Shown: positions 36,456 through 49,130 of the stretch, in pieces | How positions within the stretch are numbered: the first letter of the stretch is position 1 | Layout: every line of letters begins with the position of its first letter | NCBI GenBank assembly: GCA_013239625.1 | Contig: MU054338.1 | Location: 6,798,724 to 6,862,723 of the forward strand | Direction: 5' to 3' | DNA: 64,000 bases | From: Lama guanicoe | Lineage: Eukaryota | The notes under the pieces: model-generated | The model's database searches: none | Told to the model about the DNA's origin: nothing | The model's input: only the letters and a program-made list of their open reading frames with translations | Translations under genes and position numbers: made by a program

Positions 36456-37153
36456 TATAACTGAGCAGGACCCTATGGGATCTTCCTGGGACAGACAACC
36501 CCTCTCCACGTCCTCTGCCTGGCTCTTGTCTGTAGAAAAACTTTAGCCAAAGAATAAATTTAATCAGAGAGACAAGAAAATGCAGAAACAAAGGAAAACA
36601 GTCAAATAAGACAAATGGTAATAGGTTAGCCAGTGAACAAAGTCGAGGACCTTTAGTTCCTCCCCAAGGGCTCTAGATAATATTCTGAGCCATAGCCTTT
36701 GAGCTGTTTTGCAGATACTGAAACCCCACCAGGTGGAAGAAGTTAACTACATGATGACCAGACTGTAGCCATGACATAAGCTGCTCCATCTTACACAATT
36801 CCAAGAACTGGCCTCAAGGAAATGGGAACAAACCAACCCTGGAACTGAAAAGTAACTATACTTAGAACAATCAAGCTGATGCTGACTAGACACATGACCA
36901 ATTTCAAGATAATCGTCGGAGCTGACTGTGCTGTTCTGCATATAGTCTCCTGCCCCCTGCCTGTGCAGCCCTGAAACTCCTTAAAAGCTCTTGCCCTTTG
37001 ATAGGCTGAGGGGAGTTTGCTCTTTGGGACATGAGTTCACCTTCTCCCCAGAATTGCCAGCTTCCTCAATAAAGCTATCTTTCCTTTTAATCGACATTTG
37101 TCTCTCAGTACTGGATTCTAAAACAACAAGCCCTGAACCTGAGTTTGATATCA
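36456..37153 (+). mobile_element. Solo ERV LTR (~698 bp, probably ERV1 class)
   Basis: Flanked by the 4-bp direct repeat GAGT (36452-36455 and 37154-37157); ends in CA; internal AATAAA at ~37068; interrupts an L2-like sequence that resumes after it. Confidence 0.75.
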
Positions 37154-38339
37154 GAGTGTTTAAGAAACAGTAAGGAGGTCCGTGTTCCTTGGAGTGGACC
37201 AAGGAACTCCAAACACCAATGAATGAGTGATGGGGAGAGAGTAGGAGATGATTTGAGATGAATATTCAGAGATCAGATCATGTAGGCCCCCTCATCATTG
37301 TGGATTTGAATCTAAGTTAGAGAGGAAACCATTGGAGAGTTTTCAAAAGGGAAGTAACATTTTCTTTCAGTTTTAAAAGAATTAGTCTGGCGATATCCTT
37401 TGTTACTATGGTTCAGAATCCAAAAGTAACAATAGCAACAAAGATTTCTAATTCTACAACATAAAATTAAGGCCAAATACCACCACAGAAAAGTTAAAAC
37501 AAAACTGGGAAATAGTATTTTCACTTCATAGTATAGACCCCTTCATGTCCATAATATGTAAAGAGTTTCTAAGAATTAATAATTAAAATATAAACAATCC
37601 CATAGGGAGAAAATTGAGCAAAAGTTGTGTTCAGAATATCCACAAAGGATGAAACACAAATATTCTTTAACATATGAAAAGACACGGGGACTCACTAGTA
37701 ATAAGAGCAATGCAAGTTAAAATAAGAGAAATGTAAGATACTAATTTTTACCCATTGGATTGGCAAAACTTTAGAAGACTGATAATGCCCAGCAGGGTGA
37801 GGATGTGGGGAAGTGAGTATGTTAACAGGTAGACATCAATCCTCCCAGAGATGAATTTGATGATGTTCATAAAAACTTACAAATGCATAGTTTCTTTGGC
37901 CAAGAAATCCCAGGACAGATACACTTGCACATATGTGAATTGTATGCATGTGAGGTTATTCATTGCAGCCATTTCTGTAATAGCAAAGGATTGGAGAGAG
38001 CCACAAAGATTCATCACAACAGGACCAGTCACATTAATTATCGTCCATCTGCACAATGAAACAGGTTGCAGCTGAAGAAAGGAATGAGGAAGTCTGCTCA
38101 GGCTGATACGGAAGAAACTACCAAGACGTATTATTCACATTCACACTGTTGTGCAGCAAGCACCATCATCCACCTCCAGGACTTTCTCATCTTCCCAAAC
38201 TCAAACTGTCCCCATGAAACACTACCTCCCATTCTCCCCTCCCCCAGCCCTGTGAACTACTGTTTTACTTTCCATCAGTAAATTTAAATATTCTAGGTAC
38301 CTCATATAAATGGTGTCATACAACAGATCTGTCCATTTG

Positions 38340-38450
38340 GGGGATACAATTAGGCTTATTTATTTACAAATTCTTTATGGAGGTCCTGGGGATTGAACCC
38401 AGGACTTCATGCATGCTCGGCACGCACTCTGCCACTGAGCTGTACCCTCC
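38340..38450 (-). mobile_element. Vic-1-like SINE inserted in an L1 3' fragment
   Basis: ggaggtcctggggattgaacccaggacttcatgcatgctcggcacgcactctgccactgagctgtaccctcc. Confidence 0.8.
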
Positions 38451-38962
38451 TCGCTTAGGTCTGTTCTGTGTTTGGCTTATACCCCTTGACATAATGTCTT
38501 CAAGGTTAATCCATGCTGTAGCACATATCAGAATTTCCTTCCTTTTTAAGGAAGGAAACATTTAATAATGTTCCTTTGTATGTACATACCACAATTTGTT
38601 CATCCATTCATCTGCTTTTCCCTTTGGATAATCAGAAATAAAACCTGGATAGATAACTCAAGCAAGTTAGAACAGGCAGGAGTGGAGGGTCAGGAAGTGG
38701 GCAGTTGAGGAAAAAGGAAGATAAGAGAATTGTTTAAAAAATATTCCTTAATATATTTATTTTGATTTTTAAAAGCACCATGAGTATTTTACTTATTCAG
38801 AAGATATTTTTTAGGGATCCTCTAGGCTGTTGTGGGAAGGATGGGTTGCACGGGGGCAAACGCAGACGGGGGCAGGGGGGAGGAGGCAGGTGCAATATCT
38901 CAGGTGAGAAATGATGGTGGTTGGACTAGGGACCAAGAAGGTGTTTCAGAGTCATTGGTTCT

Positions 38963-39090
38963 GGGGGGAGGCTCTAGCTGAGTGGTAGAGCATGCACCTA
39001 GCAGGCACAAGGTCCTGGGTTCAACCCCCAGTACCTCCATCAAAATAAATAACTACCTAATTACCTTCCACAAAACAAAACAAAAACAAA
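38963..39090 (+). mobile_element. Vic-1-like SINE
   Basis: ggggggaggctctagctgagtggtagagc...gtcctgggttcaacccccagtacctcc plus an A-rich tail. Confidence 0.8.
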
Positions 39091-41647
39091 CAGAGCTGTT
39101 GGTTCTGAATATATTTTGTGGGTCAGGTGAACATGATCTCCTTATAGGTTAGCTGTGAGGTGTCAAAGACAGGAAGCAGAGATGTCGCCAAGATTTTTGG
39201 TCTAAGCAGCTAGAAGAATGGACTTGTTTTTACTAAGATGGGAAGATGGGGTTGGGGTGGGGGTGAGCGTAGAAATCGAGAGCCACGAGCTAGTGTGTCA
39301 TTAACACCATTACGCGTTGGCCAACCTCTGTCGGGCAGCAGTAACGCCCAGCTAGAACTTCATAACGGCTTGCCTCCCCCCATTGCATTTTGTTTTTACA
39401 GTTGCCACCTGGATTGATGACGATTCTTCCTTACATGCAACAGAAACTGACTCAGAGATGATTTAAGCTGCAAAGGGATTTCTCAGGTGGATACTGGGGG
39501 CTCCTGGAGTCAGCTGCCTTGGAAGATGGGAAGGGACAAAGCAGGGGTGCAAGGCATCAGCTAAGACCACAGCTGAAATCACCCCTCCTGAAAACCAGCA
39601 GGCGGCTCTGGAATTTGCTGTCAACGCTGGCAATGCAGCGCTTCTGTCCCTCCTGCCACCTCTTCTTCCTGTCCATCCTCTGGGCGGCCAGCTCTCAGTT
39701 CTAAAGTCTGATCCTTTTGTAGTTCATGAGTGTGATGATTGGGTGTTCGCATGCCTGTGTGACATGTGCCTCCCTTGAACCTTGTTACGACATCGGCACA
39801 TTACCCGTCTGACATGAAAAGAAAGAAAAAACTCTGTGCATCTGCAGAGTGGAGTCAGGGTCACATGCTCACCCTTTAGCTGCAAGGGAAGCCGGGAGAG
39901 AAGGTCTGGTGTTCTCCTACACCAAGAATCTATGCGGACAGGGTTTGGAACACTGTACACCCCACCTGCAGACAAATAGCAAGTTCATCTTCACTTATGG
40001 TGAATATGGTGCTTTTCCTTCTTGGTGAGGAGATAAATGCGTCTTTTAAAATAACTTATTTAGAGGAATTTTTTTTTAAAGCAAGAGAATATTAGACCTA
40101 AAATTCAGGACAGGGGAGAACTTTGGGGTGAGGCAGGCAGCAAATATCCATAATGTTCTGAGGGTAGAGTGTGATGGGGTGGGGGTAGGGTGTGTGCTCA
40201 CTTTGCACAGCTTTGTCATCAGTCAGAGTCCAAGATTGAAAGAGACAGCACGCTTGTAGCAGGTAGCGTGGGAGTGAGAGGATGTGTAAACCAACTTATT
40301 CCAACATCGCTTCCAAAATCCAATATAGGAGAAGGAAGGGAGGAGTTGATTTGAAAAAAAGTATGAAGTAGCCCCCATTGTCTCTGCACTGACTCAGAGA
40401 CACCTCTTCTTAGGGTCCCGGACTCTTTTTCTAGACACCTAGAAAAGGGAAACTTTTCCTAGAAGACATCACTAGAGACCTCCAAAGACCAGCAAGACTG
40501 AGTCTGACAGCCCCACACTTGATTCTTCTGCTCCTGACAATGGGGGATGTTCTGAGGGTCTCCATCTCATAAGGCTGCAAAGCAAATATTAATTAAAAAA
40601 AAAAGCCTTCACCCAGAGCTTGGCAATCCAAGTTGGTTGCTGAATATGAAACACAACAAAAACCCCAAGTCCAGAGGCCTTTTCTCATCATTTTGGCACT
40701 GTCATTGCTAGCCCTGAGATACAGAAGTTGACACCAGGGGACTCCCCTACCCAGCGCCACCCAGTGAACCAGAGGCAGAGCCAGCATTTATACCCAGAGT
40801 CCATTTGCTTCCGAATTCTCCAGAAAAGGGCCAAGAAACTTGGGGACACTCTCAGGGGTTCAGATGGGATTTGTATTGGTTTAAACATATTAAAATAGTG
40901 GTAAAATATACATAACACTAAATTTCCCACCTTTACCACTTTCAAGTGTACAATTCATTAGTGATATGTACACTCACACTGTGTAAATGTCACAACCATT
41001 CATCTCCGAGAAGTCTTGATCTTGCAAAATTGAAACTCTATCCCCGTTAAACACTTACCCCCTCATTCCTCCCTCTCCCAGCCCACTTCCTGTCTCTATG
41101 AATTTGATTCCCCTGGGGATCTCATATAAGTGGAATTATACAGTATTTGTCCTTTTATGTCTGGTGTATTTCACTCAGCAGAATGTCCTCAAGGTTCATC
41201 ATTTGTAGCCTGTGTCAGAATTTCCTTCCTTTTTAAGGCTGAGTAAGTATTCCATTGTATTGATGGACCACATTTTGTTTGTGCAGTCATCTGCTGATGG
41301 ACATTTGGGTTGCTCCCACCTTTTGCCTATTGTGGACGATTGCTGCTATGAACATGGGCATACAAATATCTCTTTAAGACCTTGTTTACAATACTTTTGG
41401 GTAATACACAGGAATGGAATTGCTGTGTCATATGATGGTTCCATTTCATTGTATGAGGAACTTCCATACTGTTTTCCATAGTGGCTGCACCATTTTGCAT
41501 TCTCACCAAAAGTGCAATTTTTCTACATTCTTGTGAACACTTGTTATTTTCTGTTTGTTTGTTTGTTTGTTTGATGTAGCTATCCTAATAGATGTGAGAT
41601 AGACCCTACTGCTTTTAAATTTTTTATTTAGAATTAAAAAATTGAGA

Positions 41648-41653
41648 TTTATT
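41648..41653 (-). terminator. Candidate polyadenylation signal of RDH8
   Basis: tttatt on + (AATAAA on -), ~570 nt after the stop; a second copy lies at ~41623-41628. Confidence 0.45.
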
Positions 41654-42225
41654 AAATAGAGTAATTTGTTAGTGGTCACAAATAATATATTTTGCGAATA
41701 ATATATATACATTGCTGGTGTGTGCACAAACACATTTTGCTGATGGAGTACGTGACCAGAAAAGTCTGAAGACCCCTTAGTCAAGCCAGCTCTGGGTGTG
41801 TGTGAAGGGGGTGGGTGGGGATGTTTGGATTATCCTTGTATCCCCAGACCCAAGATAATGAAGTCCAGAGGTTGACTGAGGCAGTCTGTCTCATCCTTCA
41901 AGGTCCAGCGACAATGCCGCCTCCTCCAGGAAGCCTCCCTAGCCTTCTCAGACACAACTCCAGCTCTCTGCTCCAGGTTCCTGAGCCCAGGAGCTCAGCG
42001 TCCCAGTGTCCCCTCTCTCTGCTCCAGCCCTGACCGCAGAGGGGGTCTGTGCCTAGAGACTGAGGGCTCTCTGAGATCTCACCAACACCCAGGCACAGCA
42101 TGGGTCAGGCAGAATTTGCTGAATGAATGAATGAATGAATGAGAGTCTGTATGGCCTGAGATGGGTGTGGACTGAAGAGGCAGGCCTGACTGTTCAGGAG
42201 TGGGGAGGGTTGGGTGAGGCTCAGC

Positions 42226-45200
42226 TCACCGGGGCCACACTGGGGTGCGGAAGCAGCTGCAGGCCAGACATCGAAGGCCAAGGTTGAGGAGGCGTGGCCA
42301 GCGGAAGAGCAGACGATGCGAGGTTCGCACATACAGGCTGCCCGAGGGGTCCATGGCTTTGAGTGCAGTCAGTGGAGTGTAGCGCGCGTTGGTCTGTCGG
42401 CGCAAGGGTGGTCTGGCCGAGCCGATGACCTTGACAATAACCTGTGGTGTGGAGCCCTGAGTTCTGGGACCCAGGGAGAGGGGGGTTCTGTAGGGAGGGT
42501 CCCCCTCACATACCTGAGCCCTGTCTAGCCCCCCACTCACCTTGGCCACATCCTCTGGGCTCTGTCCCACAGAGCTAAAAAGCTCCCTGGAGGCTGGGAG
42601 GTACAAATTCCGAAAGTAATGCAGGGTGTCGGGGTCAGTGCCAGGAAACTCGGCTGTGGAAACCTGCTCCAGGAGCTTCCCCTCAAATTCGGTGGCCACT
42701 GGGCCCGGCTCCACCAGGGAGATGCTGGGAACAGGGGTAGAGAGAGGGTCTGGTGTCCCAACACACTCGCTGCCGCATTTTGCTCTCTGTCCCTCTTCCT
42801 CCTCACTCCCCCATTTCTCCCACCATTATTTCATGCCTTCCTGCCCCCCATCTCCCCAACTCCCATTTCCTTGTCTGCCCCATCACTGCCTCCATGCCCC
42901 TCTCACTGTCCAAGTGCCCGCCTCACAAGATGTTGAACTGGAGCAGCTGGACAGCCAGACTCTCGAAGAAGCCCTCCATGGCGAACTTGGAGGCTGCATA
43001 GACGTCGTTGAACACAACACCTGAGAGGGTTGCAGGAAGGCAGGCCCGTTGAGGGTCTGGGTGATGGGCTTTGTGGGTCCAGAGGGATGGGGTCTTGGGA
43101 GACAGAGCAGAGATGATTTGGGGATCAGAGGTTATCTGGGGCCAATGTGGTGGCTGCATGGTATTGTGTGATGGGAGCATGTGGGGTCAGAATGAGGTCC
43201 TATGGTGCCAGACCCCACCTCTCCTAACCTTGCTCCATCTACCCTCAGCCCAGGAAACTCTCCTATTTCTGTCCATCCTCTAAACGCTTGGGCCACTTGG
43301 GCATGGGATCCCCAGGGTCCCTGAGGGCAAGCCCTACTTATTAGGGCCTCTATCGGTTCATACTGAGCAGCGAATATGGCCCCTTGCCCAATGAGGTCAG
43401 GAGTTGCAGCAGAAAGAGGAGCCAAAGGGATGGGACTGAGTAAGTGCAGCTTTTCCATGGCAGGGCAACAAGTGGATTCTTTAGAAGACAGCTGGGGAGA
43501 AGGGCAGATCCAAGGAAATTTCCAAGGAAAGAAAGGGAATCTAGGGGGGGGTCAAGGAGGAAGGACCCAGGAGCATGCATGGCAAGTAGGTGGCCTTCAT
43601 TGTAAGCCCATAACAGGCATCACTAATCAATCACTTCTCTCTGTTCTGCAGAAAATCAGTCCCCAATCTAAACATCTCTGGGACCTGCTGGGAAGTGTTT
43701 GGCAAGAAGGAATCTCAGAAGTTGTGTTGATGGCCCCTTTGAGTTTTGTGGGGTGGTTGGAAGAGAGTTTTGGAGGTGTCCAGAAGTGGAGTTGATACTG
43801 GATGTAGATGGCTATTGGTGCCTACTCCTGCACCATGGTAAGCATGGTTAATCGATTCCAGAACTTTTTTCTTCTGAGCTTCAGAATCCTCAATGCAGGC
43901 TTATCTGGGGAATATGTGTAAAACCTACTTGCCATCCTTCTAGCCTGGGAAGGGTCAGATACTGGGGGGATTTCCAGGGATGCATACATGGCTCACCTTG
44001 CAGCCCCATGACACTGCTGACCACCACGATGTGGCCCTGTCGCCTTCTTTTCATGCCAGGAAGCACAGCTTTGACCAGACGGACAGCCCCAAAAAAGTTG
44101 GTATCAAAGACGTTCTGCATGGCAGCTAGGCTGAGCCCCTCCAAGGGCCCCACCAGGCCCACTCCAGCATTATTCACTAAAGGGGTGGTGGTGAAGGTTA
44201 TTTTGAAGTCCCCCAACCTTTCTAGTGTCACTCCCCCACAGATGCTCCCTAAATCATCTCACCCCTCTCCCACTCCAAGTCCAGGGCTAGTCCAAGGTAT
44301 CTTGGGTGGACAAATGTGGAGCCTTGATGAGATTTAAATATAGTTTATCATTTGTTATAGGGGACTCTGAGCCCTGGGTGGAGGGGAGGGTTGCTGGGAA
44401 CAGCCTCCCCTTGAATGCATGAGCAACTCAGCTTAGAACCCAAAATACATCAAACAGCCACACCCACCCTCCACAGAAGGCTGTTTAGGGACCATGAGTT
44501 GCTTCTTCATCATGTTCTTTTCCTCCAGTGACTCATCAAATTAATTTTCCCAACCACATATGATTTTCTACACATGTGAGAATTTCTACTGAATAAAATC
44601 CTGCTACCCCCAGGTGTCAGTTTATTTCTTGTATCCCTAGTAAACTGAATGGTAGTCTGGGCTCTTAGCCAACTGGTCTACCGCTTCTGTTCAGGGTCAG
44701 AGGTTGCTGGTGAAGCAAGAGGGCTGGTGTCCTGACACTGGAGAGGCTTTGCCATGATGAGGATCTGTGCTCAGGCCAGGGAGGGGGTGAGTGACCCCAG
44801 GGGATGCCCAGACTCACCCAGCACGTCCACTTCCCCTCCCTGGATGCAGCTGAGACACTGGGCCACTGACTCATCGCTGCACACGTCCAACTGGGCCACG
44901 GTGAGGGTCTGACCCAGAGCCTCGCCAGCAGCTGCCTCCAGTGCCCCCTTCTTTCCCAGGTCCCTCATGGTGGCCACCACTGGGGACAGAGTTTTATATC
45001 ATCAACATAGGTTCCATTTATTGTACCCCTACTTTGTGCCAGATACTATGTTAGCACTTTAATAAGCGCTAACTCTAATCCTCACAAGTATCCTGAAATA
45101 AATCATTGACTTATTTCCCAAAGATGGCCACAACAGTTTTTACTGCACATGCTCTTCTAGAACCTAGCCATTCACTCATCAAGACATGAAGTCGGATTTC

Positions 45201-47233
45201 CCTCTTCCTGTATCTTGTAACTAGCTGGGAATCAGTGGACTATGGTAAAGGTAGCTCTGTGTGGCTTCTGTGATCAGGATGGAAAAGATGCACAGTTTCT
45301 GCTTTGCTTGCTGGAATGCTCGCTCCTGAAACCTTCCTCATCCTATAGCAGCCCAGCTGTCCCGAGTCCACAACGCTGGGAGGAAGCCCAAGCTAGCCCG
45401 GCTAGACCGACCACAAGGAGAAGCCCTGAGATTACTGGAAGGGAGAGAGATGCCCGCCTAGCTCTGACATGTTCCAGCCTCCTCTCTTCTAGTTGTACCC
45501 TTTGACCCTGAGTCCAAACTGCCCAGCTGAGCCTTTCCAAATTCAAGACCTTTGTAAACCATGGGAGATACATGATTGCAGTTTTTTGTTTGTTTTGGGG
45601 GGAGGAGGTAATTACGTTTATTTATTTATTTATTATTGGAGATAATGGAGGTACTTGAACCCAGGACCTCATGCATGCTAAGCACGAACTCTGCCACTGA
45701 GCCATACCCTCCCTCTACGACTGCAGTTGTTCTGTGCCATAAATTTTGGGGTAATTTGCTATTTAGCAATAGTGACCAGAACACATAAGTGAAGTTACTA
45801 TCCCCTTCAACACAGTGAGGCTCAACAATGTGAAGTTTCTTGCCTGTTCGACCCCAGCAAGTGTTAGAATTGAGATGTGAACCTGGGTTTGTCAGATTGC
45901 TGAGCTAATGCATCCTTACACATACATGTACCCACAGTCACACACACATTCGCATATTGTCTGTGAGTGAATCAGTGTGTGTGATCCCAGGTGCTGCACA
46001 CAAGAATGGGACCACAGGCATCTGCATACAGTGACAACATGGGCCCAGGGGCTGGGCTGCCTGAGTTCAAATCCACACTCTGCCACGTTCCAGCTGGGAC
46101 ACCTTGGGCAAGGACTTTTGGCAGGCAGTGCCTCAGTTTCCTCATTTCTAAGATGGGGTAAATGATAGTGGCCACTTTATAGGGGTGATATGGGGATTAA
46201 ATGACTTAGCAGATGTAAAACACTTAGATGGTAGCCTGGCATATTGCAAACACTCATTAAACATCATCCTTCAGCAGTGTTATACACTCATCTGCCTCCT
46301 CACAGGGACATACACAGCAGAGTTACTTCCCTGAACACTGGCACTCAGACTGCCACACCCAAAGCTGCGCATGTCTCTAAGACAGAGGGCAGAGGGCTGG
46401 GAAAAGCAGCTCTGCCAACTGGGGCAATGTCCTCACCCCTGCGTCCTCCTCTTAAGTAAAAGCCCTTTGCCCACTTGGACTCCAGTGTGCTCTGGGTCAG
46501 AATTCCCATGCGGGGGTTGCAGATTGGGGCAATTAACTCCAGAGTTCCAGGAGGCCAAATCCCTAGGTCTGGAGGCCTCCCCTTAAGCCATCAAGGTCAG
46601 GGACACTTAAGAAGCTTATCTTGGAGTGGTAATCTGGGTAGAGGTGGAGGAGAGGAGTCTTAGGAAATGCCTAAGTGGCATCTCAGAGAAGCCCTCCCTG
46701 GCCAGTCGTTCTAAAAATATCACCCTCCCACACTCCATACCACATTCCCCCTTGCTTTATTTTGTTTCTGAGCACTTGTTAGCACTTGTCATATCATACG
46801 ATTAAAAGTATGTTTATTGTCTGTCTTTCCTCCCCTCCCCCACAGCACCACAATCCAGAGCAGGATTTTGTCTATATTGTTCGCAACTATGTTTCCAGCA
46901 CCTGGAACAGTGCCTGGCACCCAGTAGGTGCATAAGAAGTATTCTTCAGATGAGGGGATTATTCATGAGCAGAAGTGGGAACGGGGCTTCCATGTGTCCT
47001 GGGTTCTCTCCAAGCCTACAAATGCAGCTGAAGGCATGGACTAGTGGAAATAGTGCCAGGAAAGCTGAAGGTCCTGGGAAGCCATGCCCACCTCTGTCCT
47101 TCCCGGCTCCGCCCACTCTGGGCCCCTTACCGTGGTAGCGCTGCTTGGGGTCATGAGCCAGCTGCACCGCGAGCTCAAGGCCAATGCCGGATGAGCATCC
47201 TGAGATGAGTACAGTCCGGGGTGCGTCGGCCAT
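42226..47233 (-). CDS. RDH8: Retinol dehydrogenase 8 (photoreceptor all-trans-retinol dehydrogenase, SDR family), 312 aa
   Basis: Exons 47131-47233, 44818-44979, 43997-44176, 42927-43020, 42541-42724, 42226-42441 (939 nt, all GT/AG). MADAPRTVLISGCSSGIG (Rossmann GxxxGxG), NNAG, catalytic YAASK, EPGPVATEF, C-terminal CLACSCFRTPVWPR. Confidence 0.96.
45590..45714 (-). mobile_element. Vic-1-like SINE inside an MLT1-like LTR in RDH8 intron 1
   Basis: gaacccaggacctcatgcatgctaagcacgaactctgccactgagccataccctccc. Confidence 0.75.
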
Positions 47234-48729
47234 GTTGATCCCTCCCTGGATGCGTGGCCTCTGCTGGCCAGCACCTGACACCCATCATCCGCCCATCTGC
47301 CCCCTCCCTAAGTGCCCTCCCCCTGATCCCCTGCAGGGTGAAGGGGCCCTGGGAAGCTGACCCTGGGCAGACAGCTGGGGGGAATCCCTTAACCTCAATA
47401 TAGTCCCTTCTTTTTATCTGTCAAAAATGTCCTCTCCTCACTGTTACACTCACAACTGGGGGCTTCTGTTATCATTATATATAATTCAAGGCTGGGGGTA
47501 GTTTCAGGGAGCTCGGGGAACAAGCAGGGATGTTCTCTTGCTGTCTCTACTCTGGGTAAAGAATCTCTCATTGGAGAGATGTGACAGAGACTGTGGTCCC
47601 TTCTGGAGGATTCTTTCAAAGAGAGAATGAGCATAGAAATGTCAGGAGATAAGGTTAGACTGTAGGAAGAACTTCCCAGCAAAGCGGGGCAGGGCAGGAA
47701 CTTTAAGAGTCTTTTAGCTGGAGAAGTCTAAGCCTCCGATACCCCTGGGGAGGGAGAAGGAGCAGCTTGGGGCGATTCCCTCTCCTCCCCCAACCCCGGG
47801 GTCCCCATCTCCCCCTCAGGTCAGATAGGGTCCTACCCCTCCTCCCCAGAGACACAGAGACTCTTTGTCTGAGGAGCCAGAGGCGGAGAAGGAGGCACTG
47901 TTGGCTTCTCCCTCTTCCTCATGGGGAGGGGGGGCAGTTCAGGGCCCAGGATACGCCTCTCGGGCTCCTCCCTGCAGAAGTTCCCTCAGATCCTGCATGT
48001 CTGCGCTTGTTCAGTTGCACAGACAGCTCCACCTGACCTGACCTCCCGGGGCCTCCTCACACTCCAGGGGGTTCCGCCTCACCCCGGGAACGGCAGGGAT
48101 CCACCCCTCCCTGCGGCAGCGCCCTACTTTGGGGCAGGGCCAGGCTGCCTGACTTAATGGGGGCTTGTGTGAGAATCTGGGATGAAGGCTAGGGTGTCCA
48201 TCTGATGCCTGAGTCAGGGAAAGAAGGGCTTAGGATGGAGGTGGGAGCCTTCATTTGAAGATCAAGAGTTTGGGGGAAATTGAGAACTGTGTTTTGGAAT
48301 CTGTGATGAGGGTTTGGAGGTGGGGTTAGGACATTCAATTCTGTCATATGGATGGAGAGATGAGGTTCTAGGGTAAGGCTGGGAGCACCGTTTTGGAATC
48401 TGAGGAGAGGTTTGAGATGGGATGAGGATCCCTTATTTAGAGACCTGCAGGGAAGTTATGGGGCGAGGCTGGTACCTCTTATGGCGAGACCTGGCAGGTG
48501 GGTGAGAATTTGGCATCAGGATGGACCCTGCATGGGGGCCTGGCTGAGACAGGAAGAATTTGGTGTAAAGCTGTACCCCCTAATTCCATGAATTCCCTTA
48601 ATTAATAGAGACTGAAGGTTTGAATGAAACTAAGATCTCCTTTGAGTGGAGCCTGTTAGGAGAAAAGTGTTTGGAGTAAGGCTGGGACTCCAAATTCTAA
48701 GGCTGGGTGGGGGTGACCCTCCCCCTCCA

Positions 48730-49130
48730 CTGGGGTGGGGCTACAAGGGCCCAGCTTCCAGCCCAGGGCTCCACCCCTAGTCGGCCAATCAGCGCTCTGC
48801 ACAAACTTTCCCAACTCCCCCCACCAGCTGTCAGCTAACCCCCCCGCCCCCTCCAGCGAGCTCCGAGCTCCGCCTGGCCGGGCCTGGAGCACAGGGCGAG
48901 GCCAGGGCGGGGTCTCGGGCAATCTCCTGCGGATCCCGAGTGGAGCCGACTGCCGCAAAAGTGCACCGAGCCCGTGGAGTCGCCGCGCCCCGCAGCCTCC
49001 CCGGCTGGTCCCCCGCCTTGAGTGTGGGCCCCGCTGGGATGCGGAGTCGCCGGGGCCTGGGCCAGCCGCGGGCCGGCCTCTATCTGCTCCTGTTCTCGCT
49101 GCAGCTTCTGTCCCTGACGCAGGCCGGTGA
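48730..49130 (+). promoter_or_regulatory. COL5A3 CpG-island promoter with CCAAT box (48785-48789) and GC box (~48906-48913)
   Basis: ggccaatcagcg NF-Y-type box, gggcgggg and high CpG density upstream of and across exon 1; a second GC-rich block lies in intron 1 (~49760-50300). Confidence 0.7.

Noticed and set aside
47234..47296. N-terminal extension or uORFs of RDH8
   Set aside because: The in-frame ATG at 47296 stops after three codons; the out-of-frame ATGs at 47285/47288 matter only if the TSS is upstream, which cannot be seen here.
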